NCBI GenBank assembly: GCA_948560265.1
Contig: CAOXTD010000009.1
Location: 271 to 64,270, forward strand
Source: an uncultured Clostridia bacterium
GTDB lineage: Bacteria > Bacillota > Clostridia > TANB77 > CAG-508
Direction of reading: 5' to 3'
Length of the DNA: 64,000 bases
In this document: piece by piece, positions 19,986 through 27,911 of the stretch
Layout: each line of letters starts with the position of its first letter
Position numbering within the stretch: position 1 is the stretch's first letter
Notes under the pieces: model-generated
Database searches by the model: none
Seen by the model: only the letters and a program-made list of their open reading frames with translations
What the model was told of the DNA's origin: nothing
Position numbers and translations under genes: made by a program

Positions 19986-20081
19986 AAATAAAAAATGAAA
20001 ATGTATTGATATTTTATGATATACATTGATAAAATGTTATGAAGATTGAAATGCAAAAGAAAAAGGAGGAAATGTATTAAA

Positions 20082-21032
20082 ATGAAACAAAGATTAAGGA
20101 ATTCTACTGGTATAACTCTAGTAGCCTTGGTAGTAACAATAGTAGTGTTATTGATTTTAGCAGGAATCACAATAATGTATACTATGGGAGATAATAGTAT
20201 CTTCAAAAAAGCTCAAGAAGCAAAAGACAAAACAGAAGAAGCTGTAAAAAATGAACAAGAATATATGAATTCTATTGACAACATGGTAAATGGATATATT
20301 GATGGGACAGGGAATGGAGAAGGAAATACTACAACAGAACCAGAAAATCCATGGGAGAAAATAGATAGAATAGCGAAAGCAATAGCAAATGACGAAAGTA
20401 TTACCAATAATTCAACACAAGCAACAGGCACAACGGAAAAAGGTGAAAGCTATGATATTAAAGTAGGAGATACTTTGGAAGTAGAATATAATGGAGAAAT
20501 CAGAAGAGTAAGAATATTAGGATTTAAACATGACGATTTAGTAGACAAAACAGTGTATGGAGGAACACACGAAAAGGCAAGTATTAGTTTTGAATTTTTA
20601 GATTTCATGACAGGTAACACATATATGGCAATGAATACAACTAATACAAATACAAATGGTTGGGCGGCAACACAAATGAGAAAAGACCTAAACGGATACT
20701 CAAATGGAAATGCAACGCAAAGTGGAGCTATCGGAGGATTAGCAGCAAGTGAGGTAGTAAATGCAGGATATCAAAGTGGAGCATACGGATTTTGTATAGG
20801 AAGTGAAGGAAGTCAGTATAAATATTACCAAGGAGTAACAGAAGAATGGAATGGTATAAGTAAGGATTGCCAAAAGAGACCTAACTCTATAGAGGGAACG
20901 AATGATTGGTGGCTTCGTTCACCTTATTTTGACAGTAGTGATAGTTTCTGCGACGTTAAATATGATGGTGGTGCTAATGATAGTAGTAGTGCGCATTATA
21001 ACAGTAGCGTGGCTCCCGGTTTTTGCATCTAG
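20082..21032 (+). CDS. secreted protein with a pilin-like N-terminal leader/hydrophobic segment and a C-terminal WWLRSP-type domain (DUF6273-like)
   Basis: N-terminus MKQRLRNSTG-ITLVALVVTIVVLLILAGI has no Glu at +5. C-terminus carries NDWWLRSPY. Confidence 0.65.
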   Translation: MKQRLRNSTGITLVALVVTIVVLLILAGITIMYTMGDNSIFKKAQEAKDKTEEAVKNEQEYMNSIDNMVNGYIDGTGNGEGNTTTEPENPWEKIDRIAKAIANDESITNNSTQATGTTEKGESYDIKVGDTLEVEYNGEIRRVRILGFKHDDLVDKTVYGGTHEKASISFEFLDFMTGNTYMAMNTTNTNTNGWAATQMRKDLNGYSNGNATQSGAIGGLAASEVVNAGYQSGAYGFCIGSEGSQYKYYQGVTEEWNGISKDCQKRPNSIEGTNDWWLRSPYFDSSDSFCDVKYDGGANDSSSAHYNSSVAPGFCI

Positions 21033-21051
21033 TGTAAAGGAATGCGGGACA

Positions 21052-21126
21052 GAGGCATGTAAATTTTTATGGAATTTGAAAATATTGAGGGCATGTAAAA
21101 ATTTTTGTGTAATTTGAAAATATATT
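21052..21126 (+). repeat. imperfect tandem duplication (about 35-40 nt x 2)
   Basis: GAGGCATGTAAATTTTTATGGAATTTGAAAATATT next to GAGGGCATGTAAAAATTTTTGTGTAATTTGAAAATATATT. Confidence 0.5.
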
Positions 21127-21133
21127 GAAAAAG

Positions 21134-21170
21134 AACTACCTTATGATAAAATAAATATCATAAGGTAGTT
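21134..21170. terminator. bidirectional terminator (pilin-like gene / engB)
   Basis: 14-bp stem AACTACCTTATGAT/ATCATAAGGTAGTT with T-runs on both strands. Confidence 0.7.
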
Positions 21171-21196
21171 TGACTTTTGTGATTTTAAACTATATG

Positions 21197-21778
21197 TTAA
21201 AAATATTTTTCTAATTCTTCCCAAACTTTCTCTGTATAAACTTTTCGTTCACTAGAAAAAGGAAGGAAGGTCATATCTTTTAATGGATTTAATAATTCTT
21301 GTAAATGTTCTACTGTACTATCCACCTTAGTAATAGCAATTTTATCAGCTTTATTAGCAATTACTAAACAAGGTAGATTGGTTTTAAAAATATAATCATA
21401 CATTAATTTATCATTCATTGTTGGCTCATGACGAATATCAATGACAAAAATAATTAAGGCAATCTTTTTACTTTTTTGTAAATATTCTTCAATAAAATTA
21501 CCAATCTTAGCTTGCTCTTGCTTAGACATTTTACTATAGCCATAACCAGGTAAATCTACTAAGTAGAATAAGTTATCCATGTTATAAAAATTAATCTGTC
21601 TTGTTTTTCCAGGTTCACTACTAGTTCTTGCTAATTTTTTACGATTTACTAAAGTATTAATAAAAGATGATTTGCCTACATTAGATTTTCCTACGAGTAC
21701 AATTTCAGGTAAGTCATCTTGTGGATATTGTTTTGGACTAACAGCAGATACAGTTAATACTGGATTTTTAATTAGCAT
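21197..21778 (-). CDS. engB: ribosome-biogenesis GTPase YihA/YsxC (EngB)
   Basis: GKSNVGKSS, DLPGYG and NKADK motifs. Confidence 0.9.
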   Translation of the reverse strand: MLIKNPVLTVSAVSPKQYPQDDLPEIVLVGKSNVGKSSFINTLVNRKKLARTSSEPGKTRQINFYNMDNLFYLVDLPGYGYSKMSKQEQAKIGNFIEEYLQKSKKIALIIFVIDIRHEPTMNDKLMYDYIFKTNLPCLVIANKADKIAITKVDSTVEHLQELLNPLKDMTFLPFSSERKVYTEKVWEELEKYF

Positions 21779-21797
21779 AAGTTCTCCTTCTATTTTT

Positions 21798-23084
21798 CTA
21801 TTTTTTAGGCATCAACACTTTTGTTCCACCCATATATGGCCATAATACTTCAGGAATTGTAATGCTTCCATCTTCTTGATAATGATTTTCTAAAAATGCA
21901 ATTAACATACGAGGAGGAGCAACTACTGTATTATTCAAAGTATGTGCATAATAATTTCCTTTTTCTCCTTTAACACGAATACCTAAACGTCTAGCCTGAG
22001 CATCTGTTAAGTTAGAGCAACTACCTACTTCAAAATATTTTTGTTGTCTTGGGCTCCAAGCCTCAACATCACAACTTTTAGCTTTTAAATCAGCCAAATC
22101 ACCACTACAACACTCTAAAGTACGAACTGGAATATCCATACTTCTAAATAACTCAACTGTATAAGACCATAATTTATCATACCATTCCCAACTATCTTCT
22201 GGCTCACAAACAACTATCATTTCTTGTTTTTCAAATTGATGAATACGATAAACACCACGCTCTTCAATACCATGTGCACCTTTTTCCTTTCTAAAACAAG
22301 GAGAATAAGATGTCATAGAATATGGAAGCTCGCTTTTTGGAAGTAATTGCTCTTTAAATTTACCAATCATAGAGTGTTCACTAGTACCAATTAAATACAA
22401 GTCTTCCCCTTCGATTTTATACATCATAGCATCCATTTCTTCAAAGCTCATAACGCCAGTTACTACATTGCTACGAATCATAAAAGGTGGAACACAATAA
22501 GTAAAGCCTTTATTAATCATGAAATCTCTTGCATAAGAAATTACCGCTGAATGAAGTCTTGCAATATCCCCCATTAAGTAATAAAAACCATTACCAGCAA
22601 CTCTACGAGCACTATCTAAATCAATACCATTGAAACTCTCCATAATATCTGTATGGTAAGGAATTTCATAATTTGGTACAACTGGTTCTCCAAACTTTTC
22701 AATTTCCACATTTTCACTATCATCTTTTCCAATAGGAACAGACTCATGAATGATATTAGGAATTTTCATCATTCTTTCTTTAATTTGATTAGCAAAATCT
22801 TCTTCCAAAGCTTCATTTTCTGTTAAACTTTGATTAATCTCTTGCACTTTTGTTTTTATCTTTTCAGCTTCTTCCTTTTGCCCTTGTTTCATCAAATTAC
22901 CAATTTCACTACTTAGCGAATTACGACTGCTACGCAATTCATCACCTTTCAAAGTAGCTTCACGTTTCTTTTTGTCTAACTCTAAAACTTCGTCAACAAG
23001 CACTAATTTATGCTCTTGAAATTTTTTCTTCATGTTTTCTTTTACCAATTCTGGATTTTCTCTTAACAATTTAATGTCAATCAT
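21798..23084 (-). CDS. serS: serine--tRNA ligase
   Basis: 428 aa; MIDIKLLRENPE... followed by class II motifs. Confidence 0.97.
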   Translation of the reverse strand: MIDIKLLRENPELVKENMKKKFQEHKLVLVDEVLELDKKKREATLKGDELRSSRNSLSSEIGNLMKQGQKEEAEKIKTKVQEINQSLTENEALEEDFANQIKERMMKIPNIIHESVPIGKDDSENVEIEKFGEPVVPNYEIPYHTDIMESFNGIDLDSARRVAGNGFYYLMGDIARLHSAVISYARDFMINKGFTYCVPPFMIRSNVVTGVMSFEEMDAMMYKIEGEDLYLIGTSEHSMIGKFKEQLLPKSELPYSMTSYSPCFRKEKGAHGIEERGVYRIHQFEKQEMIVVCEPEDSWEWYDKLWSYTVELFRSMDIPVRTLECCSGDLADLKAKSCDVEAWSPRQQKYFEVGSCSNLTDAQARRLGIRVKGEKGNYYAHTLNNTVVAPPRMLIAFLENHYQEDGSITIPEVLWPYMGGTKVLMPKK

Positions 23085-23105
23085 TCAAATAACCTCCTTC
23101 TAATT

Positions 23106-23137
23106 TGTCGCACTTGGGGACGTTAGTTTATGCGACA
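23106..23137 (+). repeat. dispersed hairpin element, copy g (inside the serS 5' leader, opposite orientation to serS)
   Basis: TGTCGCAC-TTGGGGACGTTAGTTTA-TGCGACA. Confidence 0.75.
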
Positions 23138-23189
23138 TTATTTTTATATTAGTTAAACTAACAACCCAAAAATGCCATGTGTTTTCCGT

Positions 23190-23460
23190 ATAACAAACAA
23201 AAATCCCCGCCCAAAAATAAGGGCGAGGTATATTTCTCACGGTACCACCTTAATTATTTGCAAAATAGAATAACCTTATGTTATAATAACCAAACACAAG
23301 AAAACTAAATAGCAAATATCTTGTAATGCTGATAACCAAGCATCAAACGGTTTTGCTCTTCACAAAAAACTTTGAGAGTGGATTCATAAGAACTTTTAAA
23401 CTATTTTCACCAACCATAGTCTCTCTAATTAAAAGAAATTTACTACTAATCTCTCATCCA
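23190..23460 (-). promoter_or_regulatory. T-box leader (Ser) upstream of serS
   Basis: On the minus strand: AATTAAGGTGGTACCGTGAG T-box, terminator CCTCGCCC-ttattttt-GGGCGGGG plus a U-run, AGAGA/AGTA stem I elements, and a candidate specifier GAA-UCC-A. Confidence 0.85.
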
Positions 23461-23594
23461 TGTTTTTAATATTATGTTACTTATTGTAACACCATATTCT
23501 CAAAAAATCAATAATTTAGAAATAATTTTATGAATTGTATGAAAATTTTTAACAGAGGGTAAAATTAAAAAAGAAAAGGAGCAAAGGAAAAGAT

Positions 23595-24443
23595 ATGGAA
23601 GTTACATGGGAATTTATTAAATTTATATTCTATTCTGGGCTAATTGTAGTCATTTCGAAATATGCCTTAGTTCCAGTTTTAAGAAAATTAGCAGAAAGCT
23701 TAAATTTAAAACCTAAAACCGTAGGAAATATTGCAGGGATTGCTACTTCTGTACCAGAACTATTAACTGTTTCTTTTTCAGCAGTTACAGGACTAATTAG
23801 TGCTAGTGCATATAATATTATTAGCTCTAACATCATTAATAGTATACAATACTTATTTGCTATTTTCATGAACAAAAATCAAAAGCATTTGCGAAATAGA
23901 GCATTAAAAATAGACTTAGTTTTAGTAGCATTAACAATTGTCATTCCTATTATCATGATAGCAATAGATATGGAATTTTCGATTAGCATTGTTCCTGCAT
24001 TTATATTACTATTTGTGTTTTTCTACTTCATTAATCATAACAGCCATAAGGTGTATTTGAATAAAATAACAGAAGAAGAGCGAAAAATTGAAGAGGAAGA
24101 GAAATGGGTAAGAGGTAAAAAGAAGATTATGCTAAAATATACAATATTACTTCTTATCATAAGTATTTTGCTATATGCAATTGGAAACTCGCTAAGTAAT
24201 ACACTAGAGAACTTATGCTTACAGTTTCAAATTCCACAACTAGTAATAGGCATTCTGTTAGGTTTTATCACTAGTATTCCAGAGCTGATTACTTTTTTTG
24301 AAGCACAAAAACATCATAAACAACAAGAGAATGGAGAAGATGGTGTAATAGAAGCAACTAGTAATCTTTTAACTTCTAACATTTTAAACTTATTTGCTAT
24401 ACAATCTATTGGAATTTTAATATTTCACTTTTTTGGAGGATAA
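23595..24443 (+). CDS. CaCA-family cation/Ca2+ antiporter (YrbG-like)
   Basis: Two alpha-repeat motifs (GIATSVPELLT and ITSIPELITFFEA); multi-TM. Confidence 0.75.
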   Translation: MEVTWEFIKFIFYSGLIVVISKYALVPVLRKLAESLNLKPKTVGNIAGIATSVPELLTVSFSAVTGLISASAYNIISSNIINSIQYLFAIFMNKNQKHLRNRALKIDLVLVALTIVIPIIMIAIDMEFSISIVPAFILLFVFFYFINHNSHKVYLNKITEEERKIEEEEKWVRGKKKIMLKYTILLLIISILLYAIGNSLSNTLENLCLQFQIPQLVIGILLGFITSIPELITFFEAQKHHKQQENGEDGVIEATSNLLTSNILNLFAIQSIGILIFHFFGG

Positions 24444-24528
24444 TAATTACAATTTTTTCCTAATTCTGAATAGAAATAGAAAAAATGAATAAAATTTTAT
24501 TAAATATTCAGAGTAGAAAGGAAAAAAT

Positions 24529-24801
24529 ATGGAAGGATACTTAAAAGAAGAGAAAATTTCTGATAAAACAGAAGAAGAGAAAAAAGTTGAGCTTATTATG
24601 AGCGTTTTAAAAACAAAGAGCGAGCTAGATTTAGCAATTAAAAATTTCGAAACAGCAGAAAAAGGATTAGTAGATTACTACACTTATCAGATTAAAGCAA
24701 GTAAGAGCAAATTAGATTTTTTAGTAAGTAAAGCAAGGGATAAGGGAATTTCACTCAATATGATACAAGAATTATATTTTAGAAGAAATCAGGTAGGATA
24801 A
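24529..24801 (+). CDS. DUF2508 (YaaL-like) protein
   Basis: 90-aa helical protein directly upstream of bofA, as in Bacillus yaaL-bofA. Confidence 0.7.
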   Translation: MEGYLKEEKISDKTEEEKKVELIMSVLKTKSELDLAIKNFETAEKGLVDYYTYQIKASKSKLDFLVSKARDKGISLNMIQELYFRRNQVG

Positions 24802-24856
24802 GTTATATTTGTCCAAGTTTTGTCATAACTATTAGTAAAAGGTAGGGTGATAAAAC

Positions 24857-25118
24857 TTGGATTTTTCTACGGTTATGATTATTGTAGGATGTATGATTGG
24901 TTTATGGATTGTAGGAAAAATATTTTCTATTCCATTAAAAGCGATTTTTAAATTAGTAATGAATTCTATTTTAGGAGGACTTCTCATTTTTATAATTAAT
25001 CTAATAGGAGGAGCATTTTCATTTCATATTGGGCTTAATGTAGGTACATCACTTTTAGTAGGTATTTTAGGAATACCACGGTGCTATTTTATTAATTATA
25101 TTGAAAATATTTATATAA
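24857..25118 (+). CDS. bofA: sigma-K processing regulator BofA; frame broken by one extra C at 25079
   Basis: Skipping C25079 gives ...LLVGILGIPGAILLIILKIFI* ending at 25118, a typical BofA C-terminus. As sequenced the ORF runs on into the GC-rich islet. Confidence 0.8.
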
Positions 25119-25123
25119 AAAAC

Positions 25124-25152
25124 GAGCAGGAAGGGCAAAGCCCTTCCTGCTC
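25124..25152. terminator. GC-rich hairpin terminator (bofA / excisionase-like ORF)
   Basis: Perfect 12-bp stem GAGCAGGAAGGG/CCCTTCCTGCTC with a 5-nt loop. A-run upstream, which is a T-run on the minus strand. Confidence 0.8.
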
Positions 25153-25168
25153 ATTGGTGCTTATTGTT

Positions 25169-25390
25169 TTACTTCTCAATAAAGCGAGGAATCCGCTTAA
25201 ACGGCTTTTTCTGCCGTTGATGCTGTTGCTGCTTCCTCACCATCTGGACATAGCCCTTGCACGCAGTAGTGCGAGAGGGAATCCGCCCCATGGGTTCGAA
25301 AGCAGGAGCTGCTGCGTCACGCTTGATCTGGTCAACGACCGATTGCGTAGACATACCGAAGATGACTGAAAGTTCCCGCGTAGGATCCAT
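25169..25390 (-). CDS. small excisionase/HTH_17-like DNA-binding protein, compositionally foreign (GC-rich)
   Basis: GGAGG lies 8 nt before the ATG. The segment ELSVIFGMSTQSVVDQIKRDAAAPAFEPMGRI fits the HTH ...P-A-x-x-x-G-R pattern of Xis/AlpA-type proteins. The ORF uses CGG four times. Confidence 0.5.
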   Translation of the reverse strand: MDPTRELSVIFGMSTQSVVDQIKRDAAAPAFEPMGRIPSRTTACKGYVQMVRKQQQHQRQKKPFKRIPRFIEK

Positions 25391-25515
25391 AAAACTAACC
25401 TCCAAAATTTATACTATTGCACTAAGCAATTGTACCCACTATTATATATCAAAAAGGAAGAAATGTCAAAGTGATAGTAAGGGAAGTAAGAAAAGAAAAC
25501 ACTTTAAAAAAATAC

Positions 25516-25543
25516 TTGACAAAACAAAAATTTGGTATATAAT
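25516..25543 (+). promoter_or_regulatory. sigma-A-like promoter of recN
   Basis: TTGACA-N16-TATAAT. Confidence 0.5.
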
Positions 25544-25552
25544 AGCAATATA

Positions 25553-25566
25553 CAAACAATAATTCG
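25553..25566. promoter_or_regulatory. possible LexA (Cheo-type) box
   Basis: The reverse complement CGAATTATTGTTTG differs from CGAAC-N4-GTTCG at 2 positions. It sits between the -10 and the RBS of recN, an SOS gene. Confidence 0.3.
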
Positions 25567-25583
25567 TATAAAAGGAGGCTGTT

Positions 25584-27206
25584 ATGATAACCACTTTACA
25601 TATTGAAAATGTAGGAATAATCAACGATTTGTCCATTAATTTGAATGAGGGCTTTAATGTATTAACAGGTGAAACAGGAGCTGGTAAAACATTAATTATT
25701 GGCTCACTTGCTATTCTAGCAGGAGGTAGATTTTCTAAAGAGATGATACGAAATGGAGAAAACTATTCTTTCATTGAGGCTAATTTTTATTGTCCAAATC
25801 ATGAGCAATCTATAGAAGGAAATATCATTATTTCAAGAGAGATACATAGTAATGGTAGAAGCTCTTGTAAAATTAATGGGCGTTTAGCAACAGTCAACGA
25901 ATTAAAAGAATTAATGTCACAAATTATTGATATTCATGGGCAACATGATAGTCAACTTATTTTAAACCAAGCAAAACATATCACTTACTTAGATAGTTTT
26001 ATAGGAAAAGAACTAGAAAAGGAATTAAACAGCTATCAAGAGAAGTTAAGAGAATACAAGAATTTGAAACAAGAACTAAAAAATACCTATGGAGAAGAAC
26101 AAGAAAAAGAAAGAAGACTTGACTTACTTCGCTATCAAGCAGAAGAAATAGAAAATGCTAAATTAAAACCTACAGAAGAAACAGAATTGGAAGAAAAACA
26201 TAAAATGATGCAAAATGCAGAAAAGTTAAAAGAAAATTTAACACAAATTGATAATGAACTAAATGAAGTTGCAGTAACAGCAATTAGCAATGCTATTCGT
26301 AGTTTAGAAAAAATTCAAGATTGTGGTCAAGAATATGACGAAAAGTTAAGCATTTTAAAAAGCAGTTATTATGATATCCAAGAATTAGCAAGAGATTTTA
26401 GCAGTATGAAAGAAAATATTGACTTTGATGATACTCAAAGAAACAAAATTGAAAGTCGTTTAGACTGTATTTACTCTTTAAAAAGAAAATATGGAAATAC
26501 CATAAAAGAAATACTAGCATATGGAGAAAAGGTAGCAGAAGAAATTCATAAAATTGAAAATTTAGACGAATATCATACTAAAATAAAGAAACAAATAGAA
26601 CAGCTCAAAGAACAAATGCAAGAAATTGCAACTAGAATGAGTAAATTAAGAAAACAATATGCCAAAGTACTATCTGAAAAAGTGAACAATCAACTAAAAG
26701 AATTAGAAATGATAAACGCTAAATTTGAAGTACAAATACTAGAGGAGAATAGCTTTAATGAAAATGGAACAGATAATGTAGAATTTATGATTTGTACCAA
26801 TGTAGGAGAAGGAATGAAACCACTTAGCAAAATTGCATCAGGTGGAGAAATGGCAAGAATCATGCTTGCTATCAAAAATGTTCTAGCAGATGTAGATGAA
26901 GTAGGAACATTAGTGTTTGACGAAATAGATACTGGAATTAGTGGAAAAGCAGGACAAGCAGTAGGAGAAAAGATGAAAGAGATTGCGAAAAACCATCAAG
27001 TCATTTGTATTACGCATTTACCAGCTATTGCAGCAAAAGGAGATTATAATTACTATATTCATAAACAGACAAAAGAAAATAAAACATATACCAATATCAA
27101 ACAACTAAACGAAGAAGAAACTATTGAAGAAATTGCAAGAATTTCTTCAGGAGAAATTACTGAAATTGCAAAAGCACATGCAAAAGAGCTAAGAAAAGCT
27201 AGTTAA
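25584..27206 (+). CDS. recN: DNA repair protein RecN
   Basis: GETGAGKT Walker A, coiled-coil centre, SGGEMARIMLA signature and FDEIDTGISG. Confidence 0.95.
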   Translation: MITTLHIENVGIINDLSINLNEGFNVLTGETGAGKTLIIGSLAILAGGRFSKEMIRNGENYSFIEANFYCPNHEQSIEGNIIISREIHSNGRSSCKINGRLATVNELKELMSQIIDIHGQHDSQLILNQAKHITYLDSFIGKELEKELNSYQEKLREYKNLKQELKNTYGEEQEKERRLDLLRYQAEEIENAKLKPTEETELEEKHKMMQNAEKLKENLTQIDNELNEVAVTAISNAIRSLEKIQDCGQEYDEKLSILKSSYYDIQELARDFSSMKENIDFDDTQRNKIESRLDCIYSLKRKYGNTIKEILAYGEKVAEEIHKIENLDEYHTKIKKQIEQLKEQMQEIATRMSKLRKQYAKVLSEKVNNQLKELEMINAKFEVQILEENSFNENGTDNVEFMICTNVGEGMKPLSKIASGGEMARIMLAIKNVLADVDEVGTLVFDEIDTGISGKAGQAVGEKMKEIAKNHQVICITHLPAIAAKGDYNYYIHKQTKENKTYTNIKQLNEEETIEEIARISSGEITEIAKAHAKELRKAS

Positions 27207-27643
27207 GAAGGATATCAAAATATCGTATTGACAGAGTTTTGCGAATTACATATAATAGAATTGTCCAAGGCAATTCAGGAGTATCAAAACAATAAAGAAA
27301 ATGAGATGTTACAATGGATGATGTTTTTGGATAATCCAGATAATGAGGAGATAGTAGCCATTATGGAAGAAAATAAAGATATCAAAGAAGCTAAAAAGAA
27401 TTAGACAAAATAACGCAAGACGAAATCTTATGGAAAGAAGCCTTTGATATTGAAATTACAAGAATGGACAATGAACAATTTCTTGAAGATGCTGAAAATA
27501 GAGGAATAAAAAAAGGAATACAGCAAGTCAGAAGTGAAGCAAAATTAGAAACTGCCAAGAAGATGTTAGAAGAAAAAGCATCTATAGAATTCATTATAAA
27601 AGTGACAGGTCTGACTAAAGAAGAAATTGAAGAACTAAAATGA
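27207..27643 (+). pseudogene. 3' remnant of an Rpn-family recombination-promoting nuclease/putative transposase gene (N-terminal nuclease domain missing, plus 1 frameshift)
   Basis: FCELHIIELSKA...LQWMMFLDNP... then, after a frame change near 27395-27402, ELDKITQDEILWKEAFDIE...RGIKKGIQQ...AKKMLEEKASIEFIIKVTGLTKEEIEELK*. No start codon; it abuts the recN stop. Confidence 0.7.
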
Positions 27644-27786
27644 TTTATTATTAAATAGAAAAAGTATTATCACAAGTAGCGACAGGCGAAAGGGATAATG
27701 CTTTTCATTTTAAATACTTCTAATCATTATTCTATACCTCATTCATAATTATGAAAAAATTATTAAGTAAAGAGTAAAAATATATA

Positions 27787-27816
27787 TTGACATATTATAA
27801 AACAATATGTTATAAA
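27787..27816 (+). promoter_or_regulatory. sigma-A-like promoter upstream of the second pilin-like gene
   Basis: TTGACA-N18-(TGT)TATAAA. Confidence 0.45.
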
Positions 27817-27911
27817 ATAAGAAAAGAGTATTTAGAATAAAATGAAACAAAAATGTAAATACTAAAAGTACACAGGAGGAAATGAAAAAATGAGAGAAAA
27901 AAATTTAAACC

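Noticed and set aside
25285-25300. GGTTCGAA (tRNA T-loop-like string) inside the GC-rich islet; possible tRNA fragment or att site.
   Set aside because: There are no flanking complementary T-stem, acceptor or anticodon arms. The string is simply codons TTC GAA CCC of the minus-strand ORF.
24857-25562. 170-aa ORF 24857-25369(+) and ORF 25257-25562(+) reading through the GC-rich islet.
   Set aside because: The long ORF is bofA run on past its true stop because of the extra C at 25079. It crosses a strong terminator hairpin and is antisense to an ORF that has a proper RBS. 25257-25562 has no RBS and overlaps the recN promoter.
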